In this document: piece after piece, positions 9,139 to 17,437 of the stretch
How positions within the stretch are numbered: position 1 is the stretch's first letter
Layout: every line of letters starts with the position of its first letter
Source: Sphaerochaetaceae bacterium
Lineage (GTDB): Bacteria > Spirochaetota > Spirochaetia > Sphaerochaetales > Sphaerochaetaceae
Direction of reading: 5' to 3'
NCBI GenBank assembly: GCA_963677635.2
Contig: CAXXXN010000002.1
Span: forward strand, 4,724 to 68,723
DNA: 64,000 nt
The notes under the pieces: generated by a model
Database searches by the model: none
Told to the model about the DNA's origin: nothing
What the model saw: only the letters and a program-made list of their open reading frames with translations
Translations under genes and position numbers: made by a program

Positions 9139-10819
9139 TCTCTTTTTTAATAGTATTTAGTAATAAAATAGCAGTTAATTTATAATTTATTAATGTTGAT
9201 ATTGAAATTGATATCTTAGGTTCAGTGCCTGATTTTCTTATATAAATTAAACCAATCTCTTTATCTTCTTTATTTAATAATTTGTAGCCTAATACATTAT
9301 ATTCATAATCTAATGAGAATTCTTTGTAGTTAAATATATCGAATTCTAATATCTTATTATTTAATTCATTCCAAATATTTGAACCATTATAGAAATCTTC
9401 AAGTGGAAAGTCGTAAAAGGTAATTTTCTTATTAAACCCAGTATCATATTTTTTAATATCAAATTGAAGAGCAATTAATGCAGTAAGAAGACCATTACCA
9501 CTTAAAAGTGGTGGATCAAATTCATCATTTTTTATAATAACGTGACCTGATCTTTCGCAGCCTACAAACATAGCATCTTCATCAATAGAATTAATAAGAT
9601 ATCTATCTCCAACACCAACTTCATCGGTTGTCCAACCAAGTTCATTTTTTATTACAGAAGAGAGAGCATAATCACTTTCAATCGTTAAACAGAACTGACC
9701 TTTTTGATTATAATTACTAATATTCTTTGCAATAATATAACCTAGCATATCACCATTATAAACAAATACACATTGTTTTGTATTATCATATTTTAATATG
9801 AAAGCTCTATCCCCATCTCCATCACAAACAATAGCATAAAGAGTGGAGTCTAATCTTTTACCATCGAACAATAAACGATTAATAGAAGGATTCTTAGACT
9901 CTTTTACTATAAAGGGTAGATCTTCTAAAAGAGCAACGCCACAGTCTTTATTTATCTCTTTAACACCTAACTCACAAGCTAATTCAACATACTCTATGTT
10001 TTCACTATTTAAATAGTTTTTTGCTATGGATGAAAACGCACCGTTAGCTAAATCAAGATAGATAGGAGTGTTATTTAGAGTATTTTTTACTTTATTAAAA
10101 TCAACTTGATGGAATATCTTTTTAAATATATTAATAGGATATTCTTCTTTAACAGTATCAACATTTTTTATTTCAATATCACTCTTATCAAGAGTAAAGA
10201 AATTATAGGTTAATTGAAATTCACCGTATTTAGAGAAAGAGTATAATTTTTTCCCATCTATGAATAATTTAATCCCATTATATGTTGGGGGATTGTGAGA
10301 AGCAGTAATCATAATTGCTGGTATATTCTTATTTAGTGCATAAGCAACTAGAAAAGGAGTAGGGATTATTCCTAAATCAATTATCTTTATATTATTTTCA
10401 CTTAATGCAGTAATTACTGCATTTTTTATATTGTTGTTATTTAATAATTCTCTACCATCTTCAGCTATAACTATTTGATTAAGATTATTATCAAGCATTT
10501 TAATAAAAGCATTAATATAATGTTCAACAAATTTTGGTGTTAATTCTTTATTAAATATAAAAGAATTAAGAAAATTGTCATTAAATTTATTTTCTTTAGC
10601 AATGCCTCTAACCCCATCAGTGCCGGGAATTTTATAAGCACAACTATTTATTAATGTATCTAAATTATTATTATTTTTTTTAATAAAAAAATCTAATTTA
10701 TTAATATCTATTATAATATCAAAATCATATCTTTCTTCTATTATTGCTTTTATATTTCTTACTATATCACTTGGCTTTTCAACAAACTCCATTAAATCAA
10801 AATCAAAAAACTTTACCAT
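9092..10819 (-). CDS. Phosphohexomutase family protein (phosphoglucomutase / phosphomannomutase-like)
   Basis: Motifs seen: GTDGVRG, active-site ITASHNP, metal loop CDGDGDR, and GCERSGH. The ORF extends to 10885, but the ATG at 10819 (MVKFFDF) has an AAGG RBS. Confidence 0.85.
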   Translation of the reverse strand: MVKFFDFDLMEFVEKPSDIVRNIKAIIEERYDFDIIIDINKLDFFIKKNNNNLDTLINSCAYKIPGTDGVRGIAKENKFNDNFLNSFIFNKELTPKFVEHYINAFIKMLDNNLNQIVIAEDGRELLNNNNIKNAVITALSENNIKIIDLGIIPTPFLVAYALNKNIPAIMITASHNPPTYNGIKLFIDGKKLYSFSKYGEFQLTYNFFTLDKSDIEIKNVDTVKEEYPINIFKKIFHQVDFNKVKNTLNNTPIYLDLANGAFSSIAKNYLNSENIEYVELACELGVKEINKDCGVALLEDLPFIVKESKNPSINRLLFDGKRLDSTLYAIVCDGDGDRAFILKYDNTKQCVFVYNGDMLGYIIAKNISNYNQKGQFCLTIESDYALSSVIKNELGWTTDEVGVGDRYLINSIDEDAMFVGCERSGHVIIKNDEFDPPLLSGNGLLTALIALQFDIKKYDTGFNKKITFYDFPLEDFYNGSNIWNELNNKILEFDIFNYKEFSLDYEYNVLGYKLLNKEDKEIGLIYIRKSGTEPKISISISTLINYKLTAILLLNTIKKEINLKYSFQNHFVTKK

Positions 10820-11304
10820 TCTTATACCTTTATAATAACTATTTAATATACTTATTATAAGTATTATAAAAAGAAAGTCAAACAATATTTAATAGTTTTA
10901 ATAATAATCAAATAGTATTATTTTAACTTTTTTATATTGAAGCGTATTTTCAAAGTTGACCCTTTTTCAACTGAAAATTTAAATAAAACAATACCATATG
11001 AAAATAGAGTGGAAAAATATTTTTTTTGAGGTTCTCACTAGAAAAAAGATTTGTTTATTTCAAGCTTACATTAGAATATTTACATTAATAAATGTTGTAA
11101 TAAAAAATATTTGGGATATAATGAAAAAAAGTAAACTAATTTAAAATATTATTATTAGGTAAAATGACTATTGCTAAAAAAATAATTTAAGAAAGTAATT
11201 TTTTATATGAATATAATTCTAATTAAAAAATATTAAATAATCGCGAGTTAATATTTATGGTTTGTAAACAAATAGCATAAAATCTTTTAGGAGAAAAATA
11301 TTAC

Positions 11305-12114
11305 ATGATACGGAAACATCAAGAAATAATATCAATGGATATTAGGCAAAAAATCTCTACAAGATATCAACGTATAACTAGTGCAGTAAATAGAGAATTT
11401 TGGGGAATTAATAGTGAACAACTTCATAGTTTTTTTGTTGGATCTTATGGAAGAGGAACTGCTATAGATACTAGTGATTTAGATATATTAGTTGAATTAC
11501 CTACTATAGAATTTAATCGATATAATTATTGTAATGGCAATGGGCAATCTAGATTATTGCAAGCAGTAAGATTTGCATTAATAAATACTTATCCCAATAG
11601 TGATATTAGAGCGGATGGTCAAATTATAAAAATAAATTTTACTGATAGTATTAAATTTGAAATATTACCTGCTTTTAAAAATGAAAATTCTTATTATAAC
11701 TCAGAGAAAACCTATATATATCCCGATTCAAATATGGGAGGGAACTGGAAATCAACAAATCCTAAAAAGGAACAAAGTACTATGAAGGAGAAGAATAAGG
11801 GTAGTAATGGTTTGCTTTTTGATACTTGTAAGCATATAAGATATATAAGAGATACTTATTATAAGAGCTACCATTTATCAGGCATTTTGATAGATAGTTT
11901 TGTTTTTGAAGCTATAAATTCTTGGCGTTGGGTTGATGGAGAAGGTGCTTCTCCCGTTTTAGATTATGAAAAATATTTATATGAATATTTTATTCAAAAA
12001 AAAGATTGGTATAATTATTATGGATTATCTGCACCGGGTAGTAATCAGAATGTTGAATGTAGAGATGATTTAGTTTGTTTGAATAAAGTATTATATAAAA
12101 TAAAAACAGAATAA
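11305..12114 (+). CDS. SMODS-type (minimal CD-NTase-like) nucleotidyltransferase
   Basis: Pol-beta NTase motifs GSYGRGTAIDTSDLDILV and a third acidic strand KFEILPAF. A downstream NWKSTNP...CKHIRYIRD helix is typical of SMODS. AGGAG RBS. Confidence 0.75.
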   Translation: MIRKHQEIISMDIRQKISTRYQRITSAVNREFWGINSEQLHSFFVGSYGRGTAIDTSDLDILVELPTIEFNRYNYCNGNGQSRLLQAVRFALINTYPNSDIRADGQIIKINFTDSIKFEILPAFKNENSYYNSEKTYIYPDSNMGGNWKSTNPKKEQSTMKEKNKGSNGLLFDTCKHIRYIRDTYYKSYHLSGILIDSFVFEAINSWRWVDGEGASPVLDYEKYLYEYFIQKKDWYNYYGLSAPGSNQNVECRDDLVCLNKVLYKIKTE

Positions 12115-12129
12115 AATGAAGGTAATAAT

Positions 12130-12675
12130 ATGAATCAAGAATATAAATTAGATTTATTAAACCAAATTAGGGAATCATATGGGAGAGTAACATATTCATA
12201 TACTACTTATTTGAAAAAAATGAATAGGTTAGAAAAAAAATTTAATAATTTAAAGACATTTCAAATTATTTTGTCAGCTATAACAGCAGGGGGGTTTGTT
12301 GGGACTCTTTTTTCTGAATATTTATTTGCTATTATAGGAGCTATTATTTCAACACTTTTATTAACAATTAATGTATATTTAAAAGATTTTAAATTAAATG
12401 AAGAAATATCTTTATGCAGGAGAGCTTCAGATGATTTATGGGAAATAAGAGAAGAATATATTTCATTATTAACAGATTCTGTGGAATTGAATACTACACA
12501 ATTAAAAGAAAAACGCGATGATGAAATAAAAAAATTATCTATTATTTATAAAAAATATCCAAAGACAGATAAAAAAAGTTATACCGCTGCTCAAACGGCT
12601 TTAAAGTCAGAAGAAGAACAATTTTTTTCAGATGAGGAATTAAACAAAATGCTTCCAAAACATTTGAGAAATTAA
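12130..12675 (+). CDS. SLATT domain two-TM putative effector
   Basis: 181 aa. An N-terminal helix is followed by the hydrophobic hairpin FQIILSAITAGGFVGTLF / FAIIGAIISTLLLTINVYL and then a charged helical tail. It starts 15 nt after the SMODS gene. Confidence 0.65.
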   Translation: MNQEYKLDLLNQIRESYGRVTYSYTTYLKKMNRLEKKFNNLKTFQIILSAITAGGFVGTLFSEYLFAIIGAIISTLLLTINVYLKDFKLNEEISLCRRASDDLWEIREEYISLLTDSVELNTTQLKEKRDDEIKKLSIIYKKYPKTDKKSYTAAQTALKSEEEQFFSDEELNKMLPKHLRN

Positions 12676-12707
12676 TTTTATTAATTAAATTAATTGATTT
12701 TTGTTTT

Positions 12708-12735
12708 TTGAAATTGAATTTTAAGATAGTATAAA
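12708..12735 (+). promoter_or_regulatory. Possible internal promoter ahead of the KAP NTPase gene
   Basis: TTGAAA (12708-12713), 16-nt spacer, TATAAA (12730-12735) in the 81-nt gap. No terminator hairpin is seen in the gap. Confidence 0.3.
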
Positions 12736-12756
12736 AGGATAAAAATATTAAGGCTT

Positions 12757-14535
12757 ATGTGGCAAGATAGTGAAACAAATAGTGATTATATAGATTTTGA
12801 ATATTTAGCTGATTTAATAGATTCTATTATTAAAAATGACAATTTATTACCAGCAAGTATTGGAGTATTTGGTAATTGGGGCAGTGGTAAATCCAGTATA
12901 ATGAGATTGAGTGAGCAAAAACTTTCTCAAGAAAAAGATATTTTAACCATTTCTTTTAATTCATGGTTATTTGAAGGTTATGAAGATGCTAAAAAATCTT
13001 TAATTAATATAATAATTGACACTTTTGAAGAAAAAAACAAAGATACACTTAAATATGAAATAAATGAAATTAGAAAAAAAATATCTTTCCTTGATATTTC
13101 AAAAATTGTATTTAAAAATATTCCGAATATAATAACTTCAGTTGTAAAACCTGGAGTATCATTTTTATCTTGGTTAGATATTGCAAAATCAATATCTAAT
13201 GATATAAAAGAATTAAATAATGATGATGAATTTACGTATGGGAAAAAGATTAGAAATGATATAGTAAAATTTAGAGAAAATTTTAATAGATTAATAGAAA
13301 AAAGCGATTTTTCAAGAATAGTTGTATATATAGATGAATTAGATCGATGTAATACTGATACTATTTTAGAGACTTTGGAAGCTATGCGATTATTTTTATT
13401 TTGTGGAAAAGTTGCATTTGTTATTGGGGCTGATGAACGACAAATTTCTTTAGCAATAAAGAATAAATATTCAGATATCTTTTTTGATGAAAATGAAATA
13501 ATTAATATTGGGAAAGAATATTTAGAAAAAATAATTCAATATCCTATAAGGATACCAATTATGACTATACCAGAAACTGAATTGTATCTAACTTGTTTAT
13601 TGCTTAGTGATTCATTAAAAGAAAATGCAAGTGATTTTAATGAAATCAAAATGAGTTTTATTAATGATTTTAGGGGAAATAATTCTAATTTTATACTTGG
13701 GACAAATGAAAAATATAATAAATATCAAGAAATAATAAATACTTGTTATAATACTTCAAAATTAATATCAAGCTTATTAAATGTTTGTTTAAATGGTAAT
13801 CCAAGACAATTTAAAAGATTTTTAAATGAATTTGAGATGCGAAAAAATATAGCAAAATTTAAGAATGTAGAAATCGATAATCAAATCTTAATAAAAATGA
13901 TGATATTGCAATATGTTAAACCTTCAATTTATGATGACTTTATTAAATTAATTTATGAAGATAAGTTAAAAAATAATTTAGATTTTTATAAAAATAAAAG
14001 TGAAAAAACAAAAAAAAAATGGGGTGATGATCAATGGTTAAGTAATTGGATCAATCAAGAACCTGATATAATTAATATTGATTTAAATCGATATGTTTCT
14101 TTGTCTAGATCAAATAAAGTATATAATTTTGCTTCACTTTCAAATCATTTATCAGTTAATTCTCAAAATATTTTAAAAGCGTATAGTGCTAATTCTAAAA
14201 TAAAAATAAGACAAAGTAAATTGTTAATTGATGAAATTGATGTAATGGAAGGAAACACATTAATAAAAATATTTTTTGAAAAAATGAGTAAAAGTAATAA
14301 TAACGATATGATTAAGGTTTTTATAGCAGGGATAGTAGATATTGGTATTATAAAAGAGGAGTGTGCTTACGAAGCGTTATCTCAATTAGAAAAAATAGAT
14401 AATAAAAATATAGATGCTAGTATCGTTTATAGAGTAAAAGATTTTTCTAAAAGTTCAAATGTAGAAGAAAAATATAAAGCATTAAAAGATTTATGGATTA
14501 GAAATAACTCAAAACTAAAAAAATTTTTTGATTAG
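12757..14535 (+). CDS. qatA: KAP family P-loop NTPase (QatA-like)
   Basis: Walker A GNWGSGKS (residues 39-46) and the KAP-type Walker B VVYIDELDRC. The product is 592 aa with a long helical C-terminus. Confidence 0.7.
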   Translation: MWQDSETNSDYIDFEYLADLIDSIIKNDNLLPASIGVFGNWGSGKSSIMRLSEQKLSQEKDILTISFNSWLFEGYEDAKKSLINIIIDTFEEKNKDTLKYEINEIRKKISFLDISKIVFKNIPNIITSVVKPGVSFLSWLDIAKSISNDIKELNNDDEFTYGKKIRNDIVKFRENFNRLIEKSDFSRIVVYIDELDRCNTDTILETLEAMRLFLFCGKVAFVIGADERQISLAIKNKYSDIFFDENEIINIGKEYLEKIIQYPIRIPIMTIPETELYLTCLLLSDSLKENASDFNEIKMSFINDFRGNNSNFILGTNEKYNKYQEIINTCYNTSKLISSLLNVCLNGNPRQFKRFLNEFEMRKNIAKFKNVEIDNQILIKMMILQYVKPSIYDDFIKLIYEDKLKNNLDFYKNKSEKTKKKWGDDQWLSNWINQEPDIINIDLNRYVSLSRSNKVYNFASLSNHLSVNSQNILKAYSANSKIKIRQSKLLIDEIDVMEGNTLIKIFFEKMSKSNNNDMIKVFIAGIVDIGIIKEECAYEALSQLEKIDNKNIDASIVYRVKDFSKSSNVEEKYKALKDLWIRNNSKLKKFFD

Positions 14536-14550
14536 TAGGAGTAAAAATAA

Positions 14551-15258
14551 ATGGGAACATCAGGGCCTTATAAAGGACAAAAAGGAATTTTACCCAGAAA
14601 AAAAGATGATGATATTACTTGGACAGTAGCGAAAACATTTATGTCAAAATATATTACATCCGGGGGGAATGTTGGTACACCTAAAACTGTAGTTAAAAAT
14701 TATTTTAAAGCTGCTAATGGTTCTAATTCCTTTTTAAATCAAACAAAAAAAATTATTAGTGTTATATCAGATTTTAACAACATTTTAGGAAGTTTTATAG
14801 AACAAGGGCTTGAAAAAACATTTGAGGAATTAGGGATATCAATAGTTGATAAAGATATAAATGAAGCTTTTTCTATGTTAATAAATGTTATTTGTCCTGA
14901 ATCTTCAACAAAAAACGATATTGCTTTAAGACTGGCTATTATAAATACGCTAGATTCCCTTAGTAATTTAGATGAAGGTATTGAAAAAATATTAAATAAT
15001 TTTGATTCTTCACATGTTGATCTTTTAATTGAGATTTTTATTTCTGAAATTTTTTGGCAAAATATTATGATAGATTATGGATTTTCATTTGAAAAATATG
15101 GGGAAGATACTGGGCAATTGGTTCTAAGAGAAAAAGAGATACAAGATTATATCTATACTGTTGTAAGTTTAGAGTATGATAAAAATAAACAAGCAACACT
15201 TTCAGAAAAAAATATTGCTGAATTATATAAGAAAGTTCTAATAATAATGGAGGATTAG
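14551..15258 (+). CDS. Small protein of unknown function, QatB-like by position, N-terminus Met-Gly
   Basis: AGGAG RBS 9 nt upstream. The protein starts MGTSGPYKGQKG and has no recognisable catalytic motif. It sits between the KAP NTPase and QueC-like genes as QatB does. Confidence 0.5.
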   Translation: MGTSGPYKGQKGILPRKKDDDITWTVAKTFMSKYITSGGNVGTPKTVVKNYFKAANGSNSFLNQTKKIISVISDFNNILGSFIEQGLEKTFEELGISIVDKDINEAFSMLINVICPESSTKNDIALRLAIINTLDSLSNLDEGIEKILNNFDSSHVDLLIEIFISEIFWQNIMIDYGFSFEKYGEDTGQLVLREKEIQDYIYTVVSLEYDKNKQATLSEKNIAELYKKVLIIMED

Positions 15259-15259
15259 T

Positions 15260-16540
15260 TTGAATATATATTGTACAAATGAAAAAATAGAACCTCAAGA
15301 ACCTTATGATTATTACATAGATTTATCTGATAAAAAAAAGGTTGGATATGCTTTTTGGGATAAAATCCTAAAATTCCCTAAAGAATATTCTCCACTTTCA
15401 ATTGATTTATTATTTATTTCAATATTTGTATTTTGTACTGACCGTCTGATAACAAGAGAAACTCAAAATGATTCATGGATTAGAAAAGCATGTTTAAATA
15501 TTCCAGTTTCATCTCCTGATTTTTGGGATATTGAGAAAAATAGTTTAATTACATTATTGAATTTTTTGAGTGGAGACAAATGGGATTTTATTTTTCGCCA
15601 AAAAGAATTTTTTAATGAAAAAAAATATTATAATTCATTAAAAGTAAAAAAAGTTGAGGTTAAGAATTATAAATATGTATGTATGTTATCAGGGGGGCTT
15701 GATTCATATATAGGTGCAATTGATTTATTAGAATCTCAAAATAAAAACATATTGTTTGTGAGTCATTATGGAGGTGGAAAGGGAACAAAAGAATATCAAG
15801 ATGCAATTTTTAAAATATTAAAAGATATTTATAAATTAAACAAAAAAGATTATATTCAATATTATGTAGCTTGTAAACATGCTAAAGAAGATTCTACTAG
15901 AACACGATCATTTATGTTCTTTTCTCATGCAATAGCGTTAGCTTCTGCTATGAAAGATAATGTCAAGTTAATAATTCCTGAGAATGGATTTATTTCTTTA
16001 AATATTCCTATTACACAAGCTCGCTTTGGTAGCAGTAGTACTAGAACAACTCATCCATTTTATATGAATTTGTTAAGGATTTTAGTTAAATCAATGGGGT
16101 TAAATTTAGAAATAATTAATCCTTATCAAACAAAAACTAAAGGTGAAATGATAAAAGAGTGTAAAAATATTAGTTTATTGGAAGATACATATTTTAATAC
16201 TATGTCTTGTTCTCATCCTGATCAAGGGAGATATAAAGGAATAAAGTATCCAATCCATTGTGGTTGTTGCATACCTTGTATAATTCGAAGAGCTGCAATT
16301 AACGAAGGGTTTTGCATAGATAGAACAGAATATTTAGATGAAAAAATAAATTTAAATGATACTGCTAAAATTAATAAAAATGCTTACAATTTAATGTTAA
16401 AGCGAAATGAAATGACTAATACAAAATTATTAATTCAAGAGTCAGGAGTTTTAGAAAAAGATATTTTGGAAATTGCAAATATGTTTGATCGAGGTGTAGA
16501 AGAAATAAAGAATTTTTTTATTTCTTTAGAGGATGAGTAA
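15260..16540 (+). CDS. qatC: QueC-like PP-loop ATPase (QatC-like)
   Basis: TTG start 1 nt after the preceding stop, with GGAGG 6 nt upstream. It carries the PP-loop CMLSGGLDS at about residue 140 and a C-terminal Cys cluster (CSHPD...HCGCCIPCIIRR) like the QueC zinc site. Confidence 0.7.
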   Translation: MNIYCTNEKIEPQEPYDYYIDLSDKKKVGYAFWDKILKFPKEYSPLSIDLLFISIFVFCTDRLITRETQNDSWIRKACLNIPVSSPDFWDIEKNSLITLLNFLSGDKWDFIFRQKEFFNEKKYYNSLKVKKVEVKNYKYVCMLSGGLDSYIGAIDLLESQNKNILFVSHYGGGKGTKEYQDAIFKILKDIYKLNKKDYIQYYVACKHAKEDSTRTRSFMFFSHAIALASAMKDNVKLIIPENGFISLNIPITQARFGSSSTRTTHPFYMNLLRILVKSMGLNLEIINPYQTKTKGEMIKECKNISLLEDTYFNTMSCSHPDQGRYKGIKYPIHCGCCIPCIIRRAAINEGFCIDRTEYLDEKINLNDTAKINKNAYNLMLKRNEMTNTKLLIQESGVLEKDILEIANMFDRGVEEIKNFFISLEDE

Positions 16541-16542
16541 TT

Positions 16543-16821
16543 TTGGATAATGATAAATTGAAAAATAAAGATAATTTAAATATATATTTATCATTAGAAG
16601 AGAAAAATGATATTAAATATGTTTTAATTCCAGATGAAAGTGTTTTTAGAAGATAAATCAAAGAAAAAGCCATTCTGCATCAAGACCAGTTTAATAAAGC
16701 AGGAAAGAATTTTGATTATTCTAAGAATGATGATGAATTTTTTTCAGAAGATATTTTTTATTTTAGAGATGAAAATTATATTGTTTTTGGAGATTATTCA
16801 ATAATTGAAGAGGATTTTTAA
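16543..16821 (+). pseudogene. Decayed ORF fragment of unknown family
   Basis: Frame 1 reads LDNDKLKNK...VFRR*IKEK...FGDYSIIEEDF*, with an in-frame TAA at 16654-16656. The reading continues in another frame at 16824. Confidence 0.4.
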
Positions 16822-16823
16822 CA

Positions 16824-17195
16824 TTAGGCTTTGCTTCATATGCAATTGCTATTCATATAGTATATTTTAGAAATAAAGAGTTAAGAGTTCATCATTTTGT
16901 TTCAGACTCAAATGAGGGTATTGAAAATCCTGCATTAAACAAATCAAATTTAAAAGATATTGAAGAACATATCTCTAAACCACATAAGAGGACCGATAAT
17001 AATTTAGATTATTTACCAACTCAATATATTGCTGATTTAATTAAGTCGCAATCTCTATTTGATGGAATAAAATTTAAAAGCACTTTATTTGATAAAGGGT
17101 TTAATATAGCTATTTTCAATCCTATTTTATTCAAATGTATTGCTGTAAATAACATTGAAATAAATTCAATTGAATACAATAGTACAAATTTATAA
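16824..17195 (+). pseudogene. Start-less ORF remnant with RES-domain-like C-terminus
   Basis: A 124-codon open frame with no Met. Its C-terminus (DYLPTQYIADLIKSQSLFDGIKFKSTLFDKGFNIAIFNP) resembles the Ser-containing C-terminal half of RES toxins. The N-terminal Arg/Glu half was not found. Confidence 0.35.
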
Positions 17196-17437
17196 TTCTA
17201 TTTAATCTATTCTTTTTTATTTAGGATTATAAAACAAGCCAAATATAGATATTATCTATTTAATAAGAATTTTGTTTTTGTCTGTATTTTATGGAGAATA
17301 ATATGCCTTTAATTCCTTTTGCGTATGAAATACTTGCCCCAATAATTTAGTGATATTTTATAAAAATATAAAAATTATCAAAAAATATTTACTTGAATTC
17401 AGTTTTTATCTACATATTATGTATAAAGTATATAAAA

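Noticed and set aside
10820-10885. The phosphohexomutase ORF has a 22-codon N-terminal extension (MFDFLFIILIISILNSYYKGIR).
   Set aside because: The extension is hydrophobic with no RBS. The internal ATG at 10819 has an AAGG RBS and yields a sensible N-terminus. The extension is probably untranslated.
10886-11304. I looked for an integrase, att-like direct repeats, a tRNA or an ncRNA in the long spacer upstream of the defence island. A small hairpin (AGTTGA ccctttt TCAACT) lies near 10957-10975.
   Set aside because: There is no coding potential, no tRNA-like GC-rich cloverleaf, and no matching repeat at the other island border (18524-18715). The hairpin is short and AT-context dependent.
15065-15298. 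A 77-aa antisense ORF spans the junction between the QatB-like and QatC-like genes and could be a hidden small gene of the defence locus.
   Set aside because: It has no RBS and low-complexity composition, and it lies fully opposite two coupled genes. It is most likely spurious.
17281-17350. A tiny ORF (MENNMPLIPFAYEILAPII) lies between the RES-like remnant and the Fic pseudogene. It could be an antitoxin or a leader peptide.
   Set aside because: It is only 19 codons, has no RBS, no recognisable motif, and sits in a decaying region. This cannot be supported from sequence alone.
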